The notes beneath the pieces were generated by a model. It was not told where the DNA came from. It saw only the letters and a list, made by a program, of their open reading frames with translations, and made no database searches. Positions 54,488 through 56,118 of a DNA stretch of 56,118 nucleotides are shown here, one piece after another. Each line of letters starts with the position of its first letter. Position 1 is the stretch's first letter. The DNA is from a virus (lineage: Duplodnaviria; Caudoviricetes), in the IMG/VR virus record IMGVR_UViG_3300031949_000046, positions 1 to 56,118 of that record; one strand, 5' to 3'. Made by a program: the position numbers and the translations under genes.

Positions 54488-54964
54488 GTGGCAACGCGCT
54501 ACTTCCTTACAATCAACGCAAGCCATCCGTATATTGCGGATGGCCTGACGTTTTTATTTGAGCCAGTTCAAAACCGGGGCGGTTCCTGGCTTGGGGTGCT
54601 GGCGGTGGAAGAGGACTCTGCCGCCAGTGCCCTTGCCTCGGCTTCACTTTACGGCGTGGACGAAATCACGCTGGAACGGTACGAGACGTTAAAAAAAAAA
54701 CTGACGGGGACGCCGATAGGATCAAGCGCGTCGCCGCCGCCGCGGCGAGTGCGAACGCCGGGGGCAAACGTGGCGGGTGTAAGACTTGTGGAGCCACAGG
54801 CCGGAACCCGTGGCGTCGGTAATCCTTTAATTCCGAGACCCGCTCCTGTAGTTGCGCCTGAATCGGTATCGCTTCAGACGACTGAAGCTCAGCCGCCGTT
54901 TGAGCCGTTGCTGGATGAGCCGGTTAACAAGACAAAGAAGCGGTACACCGCCAAGCCTGTATGA
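54488..54964 (+). CDS. head-associated protein with A10 slippery site
   Basis: follows the capsid gene; ATGA-coupled to the next gene; alternative -1 product. Confidence 0.65.
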   Translation: MATRYFLTINASHPYIADGLTFLFEPVQNRGGSWLGVLAVEEDSAASALASASLYGVDEITLERYETLKKKLTGTPIGSSASPPPRRVRTPGANVAGVRLVEPQAGTRGVGNPLIPRPAPVVAPESVSLQTTEAQPPFEPLLDEPVNKTKKRYTAKPV

Positions 54965-55671
54965 GCCAAACATGGACCCAGTTTATGGCGACGGTGGATG
55001 AGCATCTGAGCGTGGACGCCAACCGGCGCGGCTTGGAGGATTTTCGCGAGCGCATGATGCGCAATGCCGTGGTCGATCTTCAGCGGTATATTACAGCGTA
55101 CCAGACTGGGCACACGACCACCTATGCGGCGGCAGATATGGACACGATTGAGTATGCCATGCTCGGCAATCTGCCGGCTGGCGCAATCCCGTCTGCGCTC
55201 TACATTTATTCCAACGAACTTGATGACGATGCTGTGGCCCATCCTGACTGTAATAAGAACAGGCTGGATATGTGGCCATGGATTAGTCGCCAACAACTGA
55301 CATGCTGCCCGTGTGCAATCAAGCTGTACGCTTATGCGATCAGCCCGCAGGGCAAGCAGTTCATGATTCATCCGATTCTGAATGCGGACACCGAATTATT
55401 GCTTGTCTGGCAGGGAATCAAAATCGATTTTGCCGGAGCGGACGTGGTGCCTTTTCCCGAGCAGGCCGCTGAAGCTGTCGCCGCCTATGTTAAATGGCGG
55501 ATACTGCTGGAGGTGGACAAGAATCCGCAGCTCGCGAACGTGCAGTACGGGATTTGGAAGATGCTGCGCAGTGCGCTATATCTTGAGGAGCGAGACAAGC
55601 TCTCGGCGGAGAAGCCGGATGAACAATATCCATCATCGCAAGCCCCTGCTGCTCCGGCAGCGAACTGGTAA
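54961..55671 (+). CDS. head-tail adaptor / tail tubular protein A-like
   Basis: N-terminal helix, central beta region, FPEQAAEAVAAYV helix pattern. Confidence 0.6.
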   Translation: MSQTWTQFMATVDEHLSVDANRRGLEDFRERMMRNAVVDLQRYITAYQTGHTTTYAAADMDTIEYAMLGNLPAGAIPSALYIYSNELDDDAVAHPDCNKNRLDMWPWISRQQLTCCPCAIKLYAYAISPQGKQFMIHPILNADTELLLVWQGIKIDFAGADVVPFPEQAAEAVAAYVKWRILLEVDKNPQLANVQYGIWKMLRSALYLEERDKLSAEKPDEQYPSSQAPAAPAANW

Positions 55672-55676
55672 ACACT

Positions 55677-56060
55677 ATGGCTATTTCAAATCTAGACCAA
55701 CTCTGCACTTGCCCGATTGATTCGAGGATTCAATCGCTGGTAAAAATATCCAATAACCTCGGTAAAATATTTGCCGCTATGGCTGCTGATTACGAAGGAG
55801 AAGTTGTATCACTTATCGGACGCGATGGTTGCGGCTGCACAGAGGCCAAAATCCTCGCCGCAATCAACGCCAACCTCATTGAATTCGGTCGCACCTATAC
55901 CGGAGGCGGCGGCGCTGGGACCGGGCTCACTACTTCGGTGGCAATGCCGACTGCGACTGGTGATGCCGGTGCGGATGGCGAATATGCCATAGATGGCGAT
56001 CAATTTGCCGTATATGTCGCAGGCACCGGCTGGGTCTTCTTTGACGGCTACCAAATCTAA
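55677..56060 (+). CDS. virion protein (decoration/fibre-like)
   Basis: CxC motifs, GGGG linker, PTATGDAGADGEYAID...YVAGTGW. Confidence 0.6.
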   Translation: MAISNLDQLCTCPIDSRIQSLVKISNNLGKIFAAMAADYEGEVVSLIGRDGCGCTEAKILAAINANLIEFGRTYTGGGGAGTGLTTSVAMPTATGDAGADGEYAIDGDQFAVYVAGTGWVFFDGYQI

Positions 56061-56062
56061 CC

Positions 56063-56118
56063 ATGAAAAAACTAATATTTCTATTCGCCCTTGCATCGAG
56101 CATCGCATGGGGTGCGGA
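56063..56118 (+). CDS. partial ORF with signal-peptide-like start
   Basis: MKKLIFLFALASSIAWGA, cut by the window end. Confidence 0.55.
   Translation, partial: MKKLIFLFALASSIAWGA

Noticed and set aside
1-56118. tRNA/rRNA genes, lysis cassette, DNA polymerase, host assignment
   Set aside because: None could be recognised by eye; lysis genes may lie outside the window, and the host cannot be supported from sequence inspection alone

Overview
The window is a large part of a temperate, podovirus-like tailed phage or prophage, and both ends look truncated. From left to right it holds: a leftward array of small early genes with shared leader motifs (1-4.7 kb); a small rightward cassette; a 1.2-kb non-coding region with an iteron-like origin next to a primase-helicase; more small genes; an SSB; a methyltransferase/glycosyltransferase cluster; GroES; tail, fibre and ejection genes (including a 2775-aa protein); a tyrosine integrase with a regulatory switch; then terminase, portal, scaffold, major capsid and adaptor genes. 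No lysis genes, DNA polymerase, tRNA or CRISPR array could be recognised. Three signals stand out. (1) Three mini-gene cassettes sit between the integrase 3' end and the giant virion gene, separated by hybrid att-like repeats that keep the same reading frame at all four junctions, suggesting an integron-like tail-swapping array. (2) A stand-alone 168-aa paralog of the C-terminal part of the phage's own major capsid protein lies between portal and scaffold. (3) The gene after the capsid has a probable programmed -1 frameshift. All product calls come from visual motif recognition and gene context; no database searches were run.
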